From an uncultured Eggerthellaceae bacterium (lineage in GTDB: Bacteria; Actinomycetota; Coriobacteriia; Coriobacteriales; Eggerthellaceae): a stretch of 37,059 nucleotides of DNA. The DNA lies in NCBI GenBank assembly GCA_947626665.1, contig CANQTB010000001.1, forward strand, positions 1 to 37,059. Direction: 5' to 3'. Below the pieces are notes generated by a model. The model saw only the letters and a program-made list of their open reading frames with translations. It did no database searches and was not told where the DNA came from. Below are positions 36,184-37,059 of this stretch, one piece after another (positions within the stretch are counted from its first letter, which is position 1; every line of letters starts with the position of its first letter). The position numbers were made by a program, and so were the translations under genes.

Positions 36184-37059
<876 letters not shown>

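Overview
This 37-kb window spans a chromosomal replication origin. The gene order (parB-parA-rsmG-jag-yidC-yidD-rnpA-rpmH on the minus strand, dnaN-recF-DUF721-gyrB-gyrA on the plus strand) and a Tat-exported flavin reductase suggest an actinobacterial, Coriobacteriia/Eggerthellaceae-like genome; that assignment is inference only. Left end (1-6 kb), accessory: an HTH-Fic protein, a Phd/ParE-type toxin-antitoxin pair, a decayed HipA-like kinase locus with duplicated operators, and a visibly AT-richer island carrying a Tat-lipoprotein FAD reductase and a tandem-MarR regulator. Middle (6-22 kb), mostly housekeeping: an EamA transporter, mnmA, an orphan hybrid histidine kinase with two receivers, a small zinc-ribbon ORF missing from the ORF track, a giant M28-like membrane protein with apparently degenerate metal ligands, a DnaQ-DinG fusion, ddl and rlmN. 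Right end (22-37 kb), the origin region. The main oddities: (1) dnaA is inverted relative to dnaN and lies behind an uncharacterised GHKL-ATPase/winged-helix gene that abuts the DnaA-box cluster; (2) oriC carries extra repeated motifs that are not DnaA boxes; (3) a roughly 65-nt structured repeat with compensatory base changes flanks parAB next to two perfect parS sites; (4) gyrA appears to have an acidic N-terminal extension of about 120 aa. I recognised no rRNA, tRNA, CRISPR array, transposase or integrase.
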